Assembly (NCBI RefSeq): GCF_964213995.1
Contig: NC_135801.1
Location: forward strand, 38,626,001-38,690,000
DNA: 64,000 nt
Origin: Mustelus asterias
Taxonomy: Eukaryota
Direction of reading: 5' to 3'
In this document: in pieces, positions 12,920 through 26,230 of the stretch
Position numbering within the stretch: position 1 is the stretch's first letter
Layout of the letters: every line of letters starts with the position of its first letter
Notes under the pieces: model-generated
Told to the model about the DNA's origin: nothing
The model's input: only the letters and a program-made list of their open reading frames with translations
Database searches by the model: none
Made by a program: the position numbers and the translations under genes

Positions 12920-13020
12920 AGTGGGGCAGCTGTTCACTTGGCCACAACTGTAGCCTAAACAAAATGAAACAGCAAACTGTTTTGCCTGTCTTATGGGTTT
13001 GTTTCTTTTAATAACTCCAG
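12920..13020 (-). promoter_or_regulatory. Probable JCHAIN proximal promoter with MEF2-like A/T element and E-boxes
   Basis: Minus strand GAGTTATTAAAAGAAAC (about 13001-13017), about 110 nt upstream of the ATG; E-box CAGCTG at 12927-12932. Confidence 0.5.
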
Positions 13021-13604
13021 GTTAGTTTCTGTTCCATTTTAAGAAGTCGCTGCAGTGTAGAAAGAAGATGCCAGTTATCCTGTCTTTGATTGTGGGCATT
13101 TAAAAAAAAACAGAAATCGTCCTTAGAAGTCTATTTTGTACCTTCACTCTCCATGACTATTGTATAATATGGAGAACAGGACTGTGCACAGCACTCATTT
13201 GAGTGAGATTTAAACAAGGTTCCCTGAAAGTTTAATAATCAGGACGATTTGTAAAGGGTAAGCTTGCCTAATGAAATTTGTCGAACTTCTTGTTGAACTT
13301 TTTGAGGAGCTGACTAATGTGGTAGATAAGAGAAACTCCATGGACTTTGAGAAGGCATTCATTAAGGCTGTGCATAAAGGATTGCTAACAAAAATGAGAA
13401 TGCATGGAAGTGGAGGCAACTCATTGATATAGGTAGGGAACTAAAGGTTAGGGGTCAGAGACGATAATGGTTACAAAAACAGAAAAATGCTGGAAAATCT
13501 CAGCAGGTTTGACAGAATCTGTGGAGAGAGAATAGTGCCAATGTTTTAAGTCTAGATGATTCTTCGTCAGAGCTGATGGTTAGCCTATCAATAGGATATC
13601 AGCC

Positions 13605-14440
13605 AAGGCTCAATGGGTAGTACTCCTATCTCTGTGTCTGAAAATCCTGGGTTCAAAACTCAATTGAGAGACTTGAGCAAATAATCCAACTGCGGTTCGA
13701 ATGCAGTACTAAAGGTGTGCTGCATTGTGGGAGGTGCCATCCTTCAGAAAGATGTTAAACTGAGGCCCTGTCTGCACTTTCATGTACATGTAAAATATCC
13801 ATCATTATGTTGAAGAAAAGCCGTAGGGTTTCTCTCTGCCCTGGCCAATATTTATTGCTCAACCGAGAGACCGATTATATCAGTGGTTCCCAAACTTTTT
13901 TCTCTAGGCCGCACTTACGGAATAAAAATTTGCTCGTGCCACACCGAATTTTGTATTGATAAGAAATACATTCAAAAACAACTCCTAGCAGTGCTTGATT
14001 CATAACATAGAACACAACTACTTAATAATATGATCATGGGACATCGTCCTCAGCATCACTTGATGCTCTTAGAAAAATCATAGAAACTCTACAGTGCAGA
14101 AGGAGGCCATTCGGCCCATCGAGTCTGCACCGACCACAATGCTTGGTCGGTGCAGACTCTTGCTCTCACTTTGGAAAAATATCTATCCATGTTTAAATGT
14201 TTCTTTGATTGTCCTTGAATCTTCCCGCCACACTTGCCATCCTCTCTCGCTGCACCAGTGTGGCGCGCCGCACCCTTTGGGAACCACTGGATTATATATC
14301 ACAATGTTATTTGTGGGACCTTACTGTGCGTATAATGGCTGCTGTGTTTCCTACATTACAACAGTGACTACACTTCAAAAAGAACATAATTAGCTGCGTG
14401 GTACTTTGGACTATTCAAAGTTCATTAAAGATGCTAAGTC
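13605..14440 (+). mobile_element. Deu-domain SINE (SacSINE1-like) split by the hAT element
   Basis: tRNA-like head, Deu-type core (ggaggtgccatcc...gttaaactgaggccc...cctggccaatattt), tail cctacattacaacagtgactacacttcaaaa. Confidence 0.7.
13881..14289. mobile_element. Non-autonomous hAT (Charlie-like) element
   Basis: TIR CAGTGGTTCCCAAA...TTTGGGAACCACTG; 8-bp TSD GATTATAT (13873-13880, 14290-14297). Confidence 0.92.
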
Positions 14441-14727
14441 AGAATGTGGCCAACGCTATCCCCAAAGATCTGTCCCAGAGTCTTAGTTTTAATTTATTTG
14501 TAAAAGACTTAGTTGAAAGAATAGAGACTCGTATATCAAAGTTTGCCAAGGTCACTAAATTATGCAGCATAGTTAATAGTTCATATAGAAGCAGAAAGTT
14601 GCAAACAGATGTTGATAAATTAAGTGCATAAAAATATGGCAAAAGGAGTTCAATATTGAGGTCTAAGAAAGGCAAGATCAGTGTTTTATTAATTCTTTTA
14701 CCTGATGCGGGTGTCACTGGCTAGTGC

Positions 14728-15922
14728 TGTAAAATGAAAGGTAGATGTACCCTGACTAAATTGACCTGTTTGCAGTAATCCTTTTTAACTTGGGTGCCTT
14801 ACACGGTGAGATAGGTGAAGGTCCAACACAATTGTATTGAACACTTTATCAAAGAAAAACAATATTTATCAGAATCTACTATTGTACTTTAATTAAACTC
14901 TATCAATTTTTTCACAGGAGTCTTCAGTGAACAGTCTTAAATATCTAAATAAACGGTCTCAAATCGCTACACCCTATCCACAGGCCCCTATCACTATATT
15001 TGAACTGTTTGTCCAAAAAGACTAGTAATACCCGTTCAACAATGCTGGGACAGAATGTTCCTCAGTCTTTGAGCGTTGGCTGATGTTTCAGGATCTGCAG
15101 TCATTGATTTGGACTTCCCCTCTCATCTAGGGCTGGTTCTGGACTTCAGATCATCTCATGGGGTGGTCTTCTGGGTCTGGTCAGTCTAATGATGCTCGCC
15201 ATGTGGTACAAGGAGCTGGAGATGCTGTGCTGCTTGGCTGCCAGTCGAAGTTGCTCTCTGGAGATGCTGTTGAAGAAGGTGCAAAAAGCAGAGAGAGCTG
15301 GAGCTCCAGGTTGCTTCTTTCATTCCCTTCTTCATACCCATCTGGAAGATTCTGTGGCCTGTGTCCAATACTAGCATCGGGCAGGGGGAGGAAGATTCAG
15401 TGAGGTGACTACTTTCCATTTTGGCGGTTGCAGAATATGGTTCTGAACCTTCAACTGTCAAGTGCAGTCCTTGTCACATTATGCCTCCAGCCTCCAACTG
15501 AACTGGGTGCCACTAAGTCTGCGTGGCATTCATCTATCAAAGTAGATGTACGAGGCAGATTCTATACACAGAGAGTAGTGGGTGCCTGGAACTCGTTGCC
15601 GGGGGAGGTAGTGGAAGCGAATACGATAGTGACTTTTAAGGGGTGTCTTGACAAGTACATGAATAGGATGGGAATAGAGGGATATGGTCCCTGGAAGGGT
15701 AGGGGGTTTTAGTTAATTCGGGCAGCATGGTCAGTGCAGGCTTGGAGGGCCGAAGGGCCTGTTCCTGTGCCGTAATGTTCTTTGTTCTTTGTTCAGTTTA
15801 CTGGAGGTGGAAACAATGGTCTGTTCTGAAAGAATGTGTGCCTTGGCAGTTTGATTCAAATCTGCCATTTTCTTCTGATTTGGGTCCATGTCTCAAACTC
15901 CTTCTGCAGATATGACAGTTAC
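14728..15922. mobile_element. Possible solo LTR interrupted by a CR1 3' end (about 15541-15795)
   Basis: TGTAA...TTACA termini; LTR-like composition. Confidence 0.4.
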
Positions 15923-17399
15923 AAAAAAATACTTGTGGTGGCTTTTGTTAAAGATAAACATTTAACTTAGGTGTGTGAAAGCAGTAGAGAGGAGGCAGAT
16001 ATCATTCATAGGGAGGAGGACTTCAGTTATGCAGGTTGATTGGAAATGTAGGAGCTGTTCTCCATGGAGATGTGACAAAGAGGAGATTTCATAGAGGTGT
16101 TCAAAATCATGAGGGGTCAGGACAGAGGAGACAGGGAGAAAACATCCCCATTGACGGAAGCATTGACAACCAGGCGACATCGATTCAAGGTGATTGGCAA
16201 AAGAAGAAATGGTAACATGAGGAAAAATGTTTTTAGGCAGCGAGTGGTTAAGATCTGGAAAGCACTGCCCGAGAGTCTGGTGGAGACAGTTTAATTTCAA
16301 AAGAGAATTAACAATTACCTGAACAGAAATTTGAAGTGGTCTGGGAAACAGGTTGGGGAATGGGACTAGGTGAGTTGCTCTTGCAGAGAACGGAAATGGA
16401 CACAGCGGGCCAAATGGCCCCCTATTGGACTATAATCATTCTGTGATCTATCTGGCTGCCCTCTCCCACCAGACTTCTGCACCAGTGATTTTTGTGGAAG
16501 ATGTCCTTTCATTCCATGTAGGTAGCCCTTTATTCATGCACTTCTGGTGTGAATTGCATTATTAATGTGGATAATTGTTAGGATAAGTCAATTCCTCTGC
16601 ACAAACAGTGAGAAAGTCACTGTTTTAAAAACTGCTCATTGCATTGAATTGCCTTTCAGTTGCTGAACTAGTGCAATCATTCCATTGACAAGCCCACTGT
16701 GAGGGCAGGAGCTAGTATAAATAGATGGAAACACCAGAGTAAGGTATCTCTTGATGGAAACTCCCCTAACATCCAGAGTAACCTGCAGGCAATATGGTTA
16801 TTCAGTCAATTATCTCCTCAGATAAGTTCAATAGGTTTTCCAGGTGTTAAATTCCTCTATTAAATCCCTCTTATTAGTCCAAGTTTGTCTGGATACTTCT
16901 CTTTAATATGTCCTCAAAGTCTTTTTCTGGACCATTGCAATGAGCAAAAAATCTTGATGGCTACAAATTTATTAAAAATAAGCTTGGTGTAAATCAGTGA
17001 AAAGAAATTGCTTCAGAAACAGAAAATACTGGAAAATCTCAGCAGGTCTGGCAGCATCTGCAGGAAGAGAAGGGGCCAACATTTCGAGTCTAGATGACCC
17101 TTTGTCAGAAGGAAATTGTTTATTTATTGCTTGAGAACATACTGTATACAGTTAGATATGGCGGGGAGGTAGGATCAGTTGGATGATCAGCCATGATCAA
17201 TGTGAATGGTGGAGGCCGAATGGCTTTCTCTGATCCTACTTATCCTAACGATGTTAGAGGTAGAGGTGAGAAGTGAAATTGTGAGTTAGGGTAGGGTTGA
17301 TGCAGAACTTGTACTTTTCAATTTGGAAAATTAGCAAATATAGTTTCAAAAAAATTAATACAGCTCCCAAAGAACTGAGAACTTGAGATTTTAAAGACT

Positions 17400-18400
17400 C
17401 AATATTGGAAAAGAGATAGCCGCGGAAATGACGGATGCACTAGTTACGATTTACCAAATTTCCCAGATTCCCTAGAAAGGTCCCAGCAGATTGGAGATAG
17501 GCAAATGTAACACTGCCATTTGAGAAAGAAGGGAGAAAGAAACAGGGAACTGTAGGCCAGTTAGCCTGACATCAGTCATTGGGAAAATGCTAGAACCTAT
17601 TGTTAAGGAAGTCTTAACAATGCACTTAGAAAATTATAGCATGATCAGACAGTGGCAAAATGGTTTAAGAACCATTGAATTTCTACAGTGCAGAAGGAGG
17701 CCATTCGGCCCATCAAGTCTGCATCGACCACAATCCCATCCAGGCCCTATTCCCGTAACCCCACATATTCACCCTGCTAATCCCCTGACAACTAGGGTCA
17801 ATTTAGCATGGCCTATCAACCTAACCCGCGCATCTTTGGACTGTGGGAGGAAACCAGAGCACCCAGATGAAACCCATGCAGACACGGGGAGAACGTGCAA
17901 ACTCCACACAGACCGTGACCCAAGGCCGGAATTGAACCCAGGTCCCTGGCGCTGTGAGGCAGCAGTGCTAACCACTGTGCCATCGTACCTTTTCTTGAAG
18001 GTAGATCATATTTGACGACTCATTCGAGTTTTTTGAGGATGTAACTAGTTGGATAGATAAAGGGGAGGTAGAAGTGTAGGATAGTTTCCAAAAGGCATTT
18101 GATAAGTTGGCAGACAAAAGTCGCAAGATAAGAGCTCGGGCAGTTCTGGGGTAATGTATTAGCACGGATGGAGGATTGGTTAACACCAGGTAGCAGACAG
18201 TCAACGGGCATTTTCAAGTTGGTGGGCTGTAAAGAGTGGAGTGCCGCAAAGATCAACAGTGGGCCTCAGCTAGTCACAATCTATATTAATGACTAGGTCA
18301 ACACAGAGGCTGAAAAGAAATAAAGACAGGTGGAGTGAATGGGTAACAAAGTAGCAGATGGAGCATAATGTGGGGAAATGTGAAGTGATCCACTTTTTGG
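17400..18400 (+). mobile_element. CR1 RT fragment with nested HE1 SINE
   Basis: RPVSLTSVIGKMLE, FQKAFDK motifs. Confidence 0.75.
17668..17980 (-). mobile_element. HE1 SINE
   Basis: Reverse-complement full-length copy. Confidence 0.9.
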
Positions 18401-21400
18401 TCACAATGATCCTTGACACCCAGCTTTCACCTGGCGCTCCATGTTGCTGCTTCTGAAAGGCAGTGGCCACATCCCAGTAACTGTGTTGGATTGCAGGGCA
18501 ATTCAGGTGAGGGTAGCAGGCATCTGATGCCCACATGTGAGAGAGAACGCTTACCCCCAACCACCCTTTGTCAAGTGCACAAAATAGCTGCCTTGACAGA
18601 TGTAGCAGATAAAATGGTATTCCCTCATTGGTACTGAAAGCATTGCAGCACAGCTGTGTGGACAGCTGTAAGATTCATTGGTACCGGTGAAGAAAGTGCT
18701 GATGATTATCCACTGCAGCTAACCACATTTCCAGTTGTCTTGACTTGTCACACCATCAGGAACAGGGCAACACAGTGGTTAGCACGGCTGCTTCACAGCG
18801 CCACATCTGCACCCCAGCCCGTTTAGTTATAAAAAGATGAGGAGAGTGGTCTCAGTGAGAGATACATCTTGCAGAGAGGAGGAGGAGTTGGCCAGGGAAA
18901 AGGCCAGTGGAACAGGGGCAGGATGCACTGGAGATACATGAGGGTGACAGAAGCATGTCGGAGTGAGGAGCTGATGAAGGCAACCACGGAAGCACAGAGT
19001 AATTCACCCAACTGAGTTTATAGGCAGAGAATGAGTTACCTTCAAATATCTGAGACACATTGCTGGAGGAGACTATAAATTGGCTATAAATTGACAGGGG
19101 AATGTCCTCCTACACCCACTTACTGAAAGTAAGCATGCAGGTGCAGCAGGCAGTTTAAAAAAAGGCAACTGGTACGTTGGCCTTCGCAGTGAGAGGATTC
19201 GAGTACAGGAGTAGGGATGTCTCGTTGCAATTATATAGGGCCTTGTTGAGACTACACCTGGAAGATTGTCTGCAATTTTGGTCTCCTTATCTGAAGAAGG
19301 ATGTTCCTGCTCCAGAGGGAGTGCAGCAAAGGTTTACCAGACTGATTGCTGGGATGGCAGGACTGATGTATGAGGAGAGATGGAGTCAGTTAGGAATGTA
19401 TTTGCTGGAGTTCAGAAGAATGAGGGGCAATCTCGTAGAAACCTATAAAATTCTAACAGGACCAGACAGGGTAGATGCAGGAAGGATGTTCCTGATGCTG
19501 GGAGAGTCTAGAACCAGGGGTCACAGTCTGAGGATACAAGGTAAATCTTTAAGGACTGAGATGAGGAGAAATTTCTTCACCAGAGAGTGGTCAGCCTGTG
19601 GAATTCTCTACCACAGAAAGTAGATGAGACCAAAACATTGTATGTTTTCAAGAAGCAGTTAGATATTGCTCTTGAGGTGAAGAGGTTCAAAGGACATGGC
19701 GGGGAAGGCGGGATCAGCCTATTGAGTTGGATGATCAGCCATGATCATACTGAATGGCGGAGCAAGCTCGAAGGGCCAAATGGCCTCCTCCTGCTCCTAT
19801 TTTCTCTGTTTAGGTTTCTATGAGACAGGCTCTCTGGAGTTACAGTGACCTCTCTCTGGGAGTTGCTGGCATGGGAGTTAATTTCTAGGTGTGTGGGTGG
19901 TCACCCAATGCCAGTAGCTGTCAAGGTCGCTTTGGCATTGAATTTCTTTGCTACTGGGTCCTTCCAGGCAGCCTGTGGAGACCTCTGTGGCACCTCACAG
20001 CCTGCTGAACCACTGCATTAAGATCTTTACTGATGCAATGTTCTGAAGGGCAGGTCAGTATTTAGCATTTTCCATGGACTGTCACATCAATTTGAACAAG
20101 TCAGATTTTTACAGAGATTGCTGCTTTTTCTAAAGGGCTCAGGGAGCAGTAGACTGCACTTACATCAGCATAAAGGCTCCAGCAGCCTAGCTCTGTACAT
20201 TTAGAAACAGGAAGAACTATCACTCCTTAAATGTCCCTTTGGTATGTGACCACCATCGCAGGTTTGTACTGGATACCCAGGCAGCAAGTGCCAGATGTGT
20301 TTAATGGATCCGCTGCCTGGATGGTTAGATTCTAGATGACAAAAGTTACACTTTGAGGCGATGGCCCATGAAGCCAGTGAGGGTCCTTAGAACAGCTAGA
20401 ATTCAGCTAGAATGACAGCCATGGCACCACAAGGGCCATGATGGAGATAATTGGGCTAAAGATGAGGTGCCGATGCCTGGATAGATCAGGAGGAACATTG
20501 CACTGTGCTCCATCCAGTGTTACTGACAGTCATTGTGTGCTGTGCGCTCCACAACCTCCCATTCAAAGTGGAGATGCCCTGGAGGAAGAGGAACCGCAGG
20601 ATGGTGGGCATTCCTCTCATGAAGAGGTCAAAGGGGGGATGAGGTGGAAGCCCTGTACGGGAGCACATGGATGGCCATGACACACAGGAGGCCTTAATAA
20701 GGCAGAGGTTTCAGTAGGTCAGGCATTCGTTGTCTCTGAGATACGTGTACACCCTGTGTCTCAACGTTATCCAACCTATACAGTGATCTCTTTCAGAGGG
20801 AACATTTTCGGTCTTGATACTTCAGGCATTGTTGCATCTTGACCGATGTTCAATACTGAAAATACATGAAACATTCCTCCTGTCATTTCATAAATCAATT
20901 TTAGATAAACTCAAACTCTGTATATAGGTTAATAAATAAATGGTTTATAAACAAGTAGCCAGTGGCCCCTCTGCAAGATTCATGAACAGGATGCACCCAT
21001 TTGACCCAGTTTGTGATGACGTGTGGGTTTGCTTGATTATTTTCAGTGTTGTGGCGCAGTGCTCCCTTCCAACGCAGAGAGGCTGCTGATCTGCTTGTCT
21101 CTTTGCCCAGAATTACTGTGCAGCTGAGGCCTTGAGGGTGCTGCCACATTAGGAGTCTCTTGTCGAGTGGCAGGAGGACCTTCTGTTGCTGCAGCAACTA
21201 AGGTGAATTGTGCCAATGATGGAGGGCAGAAGAGAGGCTGCTGCCATCAGAAGTGCCCAGAGTGGCATTTCCAGAGAGCATTCAGCTGCCACTCGGCCTC
21301 CACCATGAGGATCGCTTGGACTCCCTATCTTCCTGCGAGATCCCCGGGGTTGGCTCAGTATCTAGGCACAACCCTTATAGAGACTTCCCTATACCTTCCA

Positions 21401-21900
21401 TGTACACTGGTAGACAGAGTACAGACTTACTCATCCTGCTGGGTCTCAGAAGGTCACTTAGCCTCTTCCAGCATTGCCTCCAGCTTTGAGGCACCACATT
21501 AACGCTCTGCAGATACCTCCGTCTAGGCAGCCCGGGTCATCGTGGGAAGTCGTCGCTTCCCATTGTCTGGCATGAGAACCTCACGCTGGTGGTCACTGGC
21601 TGGAAGAGGGCTCGGAGGGGGTCATCATCAAAATGTGGGCAGGTTCGGCACCTTCTTCACTCCCACTCCCCAAACTCCCTTCCCGGTGCTTGTCAATCTT
21701 CCAAAATTCAAAAATATTCCTGCTTTCTTCCAACACCAGAAAATCACAAGTGCACCTCACACTGTCCAATGCCAGGTGCCCTTTTAAGTTAGTGGCCGTG
21801 GCTTTCTGGCCACTGGACACCTTGCCCTCCATCTCTGATTGGGTGGAGGAATGACAATCCAGTGATTTTACGGACTGTCAATCTGCCCTGAGGCCATTCA
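18400..21900 (+). mobile_element. Older, decayed Harbinger element (plus-strand transposase remnant about 18850-20720, split by a CR1)
   Basis: ALNFFATGSFQ about 19935-19970, GAVDCT about 20145, IGLKMRCRCLDRSGGTL at 20438+; many stops. Confidence 0.75.
19110..19822 (+). mobile_element. CR1 LINE 3' fragment
   Basis: LYRALLRLHLE.C.QFWSP, RTRGHSL, and CR1 3' tail. Confidence 0.9.
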
Positions 21901-22729
21901 TTGGATCATTGTCCTTTTAAACACTGGATAATGACAGGGGCAGGAGTCAGGGGGCACCAGTCCCACTCGTCAAAACACAATTTAATATTAACCTGGACTG
22001 CTCCCATTGGTAGAAGAATTGAGAAGCAGAGGGCGCAACTTGAAGATAATTGCCAAAGAATTGATGGCAACATGAGGAAATACCTTTTCACACAGCGAGA
22101 GGCTAATATCCGGAATGCACTAATAGATTGTGGTGGAGGCAGATTCAATTGAGACTTTCCAAAGGGATTTGAATACTTATCTGAAAAGGAAAATTTGCAG
22201 GGCGATTGGGAAAAGGCCAAGGAGTAGCATCAGGGCAATTGCTCCTTCAGAGGGCTAGTATAGACACAATGGGCCAAATGGCCTTCCTCTATGTTGTAAC
22301 TATTCTATGACTGTATGAGTCTATGGTTCTGTGGAATGCAGATCTCCAGTGGGTGCCACAGCCATGTTAAAATGCAAAGTGGATGATTCTACGCGCACAA
22401 AAAATGGCCATCTTTGATAATGAAGAGAAACCAATGATGAGTAAGAACAGAAAGACATATTGGATGGGATTTCACGGTCTTGCTCGTCCCAAAACCATAA
22501 AATCCCGCCTGAGGTCAAGGGACCTTTCCATGGTTCCCTCTTTGTTCGCTCTGATTTCTGTGGCAGGCGGGCTGGTAAAATTGCGGCCATTCTATTTTTA
22601 AATGGTTTGGAATTTGTAATTGATGATGTTCAGATGGTCTTTAGGTATATTTGTGCAAGGAACACAAAGTTAGCATGTAGGTACAGCAAGAAATTAGGAA
22701 CATAAGAACTAAAGAACTATCTCCCTCTG

Positions 22730-23210
22730 AACTTGATGCACTTCTTTCAGGCACAACCTAACATTGTCATCAAAGCTGCTGTTGTCTGGTGGACGGACCT
22801 CGATTCTTTCAGGATTCAAATGCAAACTCTCCAATACTTCTTCCTACCTCCACCTGGACCATGACCCCATTGAACATCAAGTCATCATCTCCAGATCTGT
22901 CACTAATCCTTTCTCCTCTGGTGATCTTCCTTCCCTGACTTGCAACCTCATTATTTTCCAATCCCACTTCCACCTCCTTCCCAAGATTCACACAGCATCA
23001 TTGTTTCAGCCTGGTTCCTGCCCCACTGAACTGATTTATTCCTATCTCCACTTTATTTCTTCCCCCTTTCTCTACGCCCTTAATTCAAGTGATGGCTTCT
23101 GTCACTTTAACAGTTTCCAATTTCCTGGCCCTAACCATCTCTTTTTTATCATGGACAGCCAATCCCTCTTCACTCCAATTGCTCACCAGGGCAATCTGAG
23201 GGCGCTGTGC
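22730..23210 (+). mobile_element. Penelope-like reverse transcriptase remnant
   Basis: FHLLPKIH...SCPTELIYSYL in ORF 22764..23258 resembles the PLE RT motif Y.LPKIHK...PIVS..SCPTE. Confidence 0.6.
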
Positions 23211-23319
23211 TTAGGGTTGCCAACCCTCCAGGATTGGCCAGGAGTCTCCAGGAACTGAAGGTCAATCTCCAGAATATCGCAATGTGCAACCCTGGAGAAA
23301 AATAAAGTTTAAAAGTTTT

Positions 23320-23650
23320 CAAGTTTATTTATTAGTGTCACAAGTAGGCTTACATTAGTTACAGTGAAAATCCCCTAGTCACTCCGGCACCTGTTGGGTA
23401 CACTGAGGGAGAAAAATGTTAACTTGTGTGAAATTGAGATGTATTACAAACTAATTTAAATATAGGGTGAGTGTCCCAGTGGCCGATGCACCTAACCAGC
23501 ACATCTTTCAGATTGTGGGAGGAAACCGGAGCACCTGGAGGAAACCCACACAGACATAAGGAGAACATGCAAGCTCCACACAGACAGTGACCCGAGGCCA
23601 CTTGGGTTCCTGATGCTGTGAGGTGGCAATGCTAGCCACTGTGCCATTGT
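23320..23650 (-). mobile_element. HE1-like SINE
   Basis: Reverse-complement core and aataaa tail. Confidence 0.8.
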
Positions 23651-23693
23651 ACCACCCTCGCAACAAATCCTTGGGACATGCCCAGCTAGCATG

Positions 23694-23893
23694 NNNNNNN
23701 NNNNNNNNNNNNNNNNNNNNNNNNNNNNNNNNNNNNNNNNNNNNNNNNNNNNNNNNNNNNNNNNNNNNNNNNNNNNNNNNNNNNNNNNNNNNNNNNNNNN
23801 NNNNNNNNNNNNNNNNNNNNNNNNNNNNNNNNNNNNNNNNNNNNNNNNNNNNNNNNNNNNNNNNNNNNNNNNNNNNNNNNNNNNNNNNNNNNN
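23694..23893. other. Assembly gap (200 N)
   Basis: Run of N. Confidence 1.
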
Positions 23894-24170
23894 CTCTCAC
23901 TCCCCCCTCCTCTCTCTCCCCTTCTCTCCCCCCTCCTCTCTCCCCCCTCCTCTCTCCCCCCTCCTCTCTCTCCCCCCTCCTCTCTCCCCCCCTTCTCTCC
24001 CCATTCCTCTCTCCCCCCTCCTCTCTCTCCCCCCTCCTCTCTCCCCCTCTTCTCTCCCCCCTTCTCTCTCCCCCCTCCTCTCTCCCCCCCCTCTCCCCCC
24101 CTCCTCTCTCCCCCCCTCCCTTCCCGTCCCTCCTCTCTCCCCCCCCTCATCTCTCACCCCCTCCTCTCCA
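23894..24170. repeat. CT-rich low-complexity tract next to the gap
   Basis: Almost exclusively C and T. Confidence 0.95.
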
Positions 24171-24179
24171 CCTCCTCGG

Positions 24180-26230
24180 TGCCCCTTTGGTCAGTGCCAG
24201 GGCAGTGGACCCCCAGGCCGTGAAGCAGTGCCGAAAAAAACTCAATGACCTCATCCATGCAGCAAGGGTGAGTGCTGAACCCCATTGAACACGTTTCCCC
24301 AGATCTCCCCCAAATCCTCCCATCCCCAGCATCCTGCATGCTTCCAGCTCCTGACCCCCAAGCACCTCCTTCCTTTCCCCCCAATGAGCCCCACTGTGTT
24401 TGCCCTCCAAGGGCCACCACCTGATTCTCTGCAGGAGTCACGCCACCATTTCTTTCATGGCTCCTTCTGTCTCCACAAAAGAAGACCGAGCACAACACCT
24501 GTGAGAGGGCGAAGACAGGGGGTGGTGAGCCAGACCTCCGGCTTTGAGGAGTGGGTGCTGGAGCTCTCCAGGGAAGGGGAGATGCGGGCTGTCAGTGACA
24601 GCATGGTGGAGCTGCCGTCCAGACGTGAGCACCTGTCATTCCTTCAGTCGCTTTGAGGCAACTTCTCACGGGCACGAGTTTCGGGTACGAGGGGCAAGGT
24701 TTAAAGGAGATGTACGAGGCATGTTTATTTGCTCAGAGAGGGTAGTGGGTCCCTGGAACTCTGCTGGGGGAGGCCGTGGATGCAGATACGATAGTGACCT
24801 TTAAGGGGCATCTCTACAGCTATGTGAATGGGATGGGAATAGAGGCATACAGTCCCCGGAAGGGTAGGGGCTGACAAATCAGATGGGAAGCCTGGTCGCT
24901 ACTAGCTTGGAGAGCCGAAGGGCCTGTTCCTGTGATATAATTTTGTTGGTGCTTTGTTCTATGTTCAATGGAGACATGTGAATCATGTGTTTGGCATCCC
25001 GATTCCTCTCCCTCCCCGTGCGCTTAACCTTGTGTCCTGTGTTGAAGGAATGGATCCGGATGCTCTGGGGCCTTCTGGACCACAGGCCCTGGCTACACCT
25101 CCCCGCCCATCCTGATCAAGACAGCTCGGACAGGTCCTTAGAGGATATGGGTAAAGGGACCTCCGAGGGTGGCACCGTTTATCCGTCAGCTTCCACCTCA
25201 CAACTCACCATCCCAGATACTGACACGTCAGTGGATCCAGTTAGTGTTGAGGCTTCTGGGTCTCTCTCTGGTGAGCACGACACATCTCCTGATGTACATC
25301 GGAGGGAACATCGGGGGCTGGTCAGAGGCGAGGACTCAGCTGGCCCCAGGCTGCATGCTGGGCCTCTGAAATCACTTCTCTCTCAGCTGCTGGAGGTGCA
25401 GCAACAGAGCCAGGGAATGCAGGAGGGGCTGACGGCCACACTGGACCTACTGCGTGGCTGTTGGGAGGAGTCCCAAAGGTGGACCAACTATTGTCTGTCT
25501 TGCGTGGTTCCCAGGCCAACACTGCAAGGGTAGCATCCATGGTGGAAAGCCTGGGGCAGGGAATCCTCACCATGAGTGACAGGCTCCAAGCGATGGCCGA
25601 GTCACAGCAGGCCACAGCTGAGGGACTGAACAGGCTTCTCGAGATTCTGCGGCCCACGACTGAGAGGCTCGAGAGCTTGTCGGGACAGCATTGAGACACA
25701 GCGGGGCTATGGCAGCAATCCTTGAGAATGTGGCCCAGTCTCAGAGGGCACTTGCTGCACCATTGAGAGATGGCCCCCAATTCAAGTGGCCATTGCAGAG
25801 GGATCAACCACAATGGGTAGGATGCAGATGGTCCTCCAGGACTGGCAATGCCAGGTGACACCGGAGCTTCTGGACCTCATTGCAGAAGCACCACTGTCCC
25901 CTGGAGTGACCCAGGGGCCAACAGGAACTCCAAGGGAGGAGGAAGGGCTTGAGCTGATGCTGGGGCCTTCCAGCCAGAAGATTGTGGCTGTGGCTACACC
26001 TTCTGACTCTCCCCTTCCCGACACTGGGGCATCTCAGGGGCAGTGGGATGAAGAGGGTGTCATGGAAACATCCCAGACACCTGGAAGCTGGCCAGGGCCC
26101 TCAAGGTCCAGGGCCTCCAGAGATCGCCCGCCACATGCATCACAGGCCATGGGGTGAGGTTGGCAGCTGGCCCCCTCCACCTCCGATGTACATTCTGGGG
26201 AGTCACTGTGACGTAGTGGTCGGCCACTAA
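24180..26230 (+). pseudogene. Harbinger Myb/SANT-like DNA-binding protein gene (spliced, disrupted; CR1 3' fragment inserted about 24660-24960)
   Basis: AVKQCRKKLNDLIHAAR followed by a donor gtgagt; downstream KTEHN..ERAKTGGG; coiled-coil-like ORF pieces at 24985-26157. Confidence 0.75.

Noticed and set aside
12640-12921. 93-aa plus-strand ORF
   Set aside because: Antisense to JCHAIN exon 1; no recognisable domain.
23508-24288. Long Pro/Ser/Leu or Gly/Glu/Arg ORFs
   Set aside because: Artefacts of the N gap and CT low-complexity sequence; only the last ~30 codons are Myb-like.
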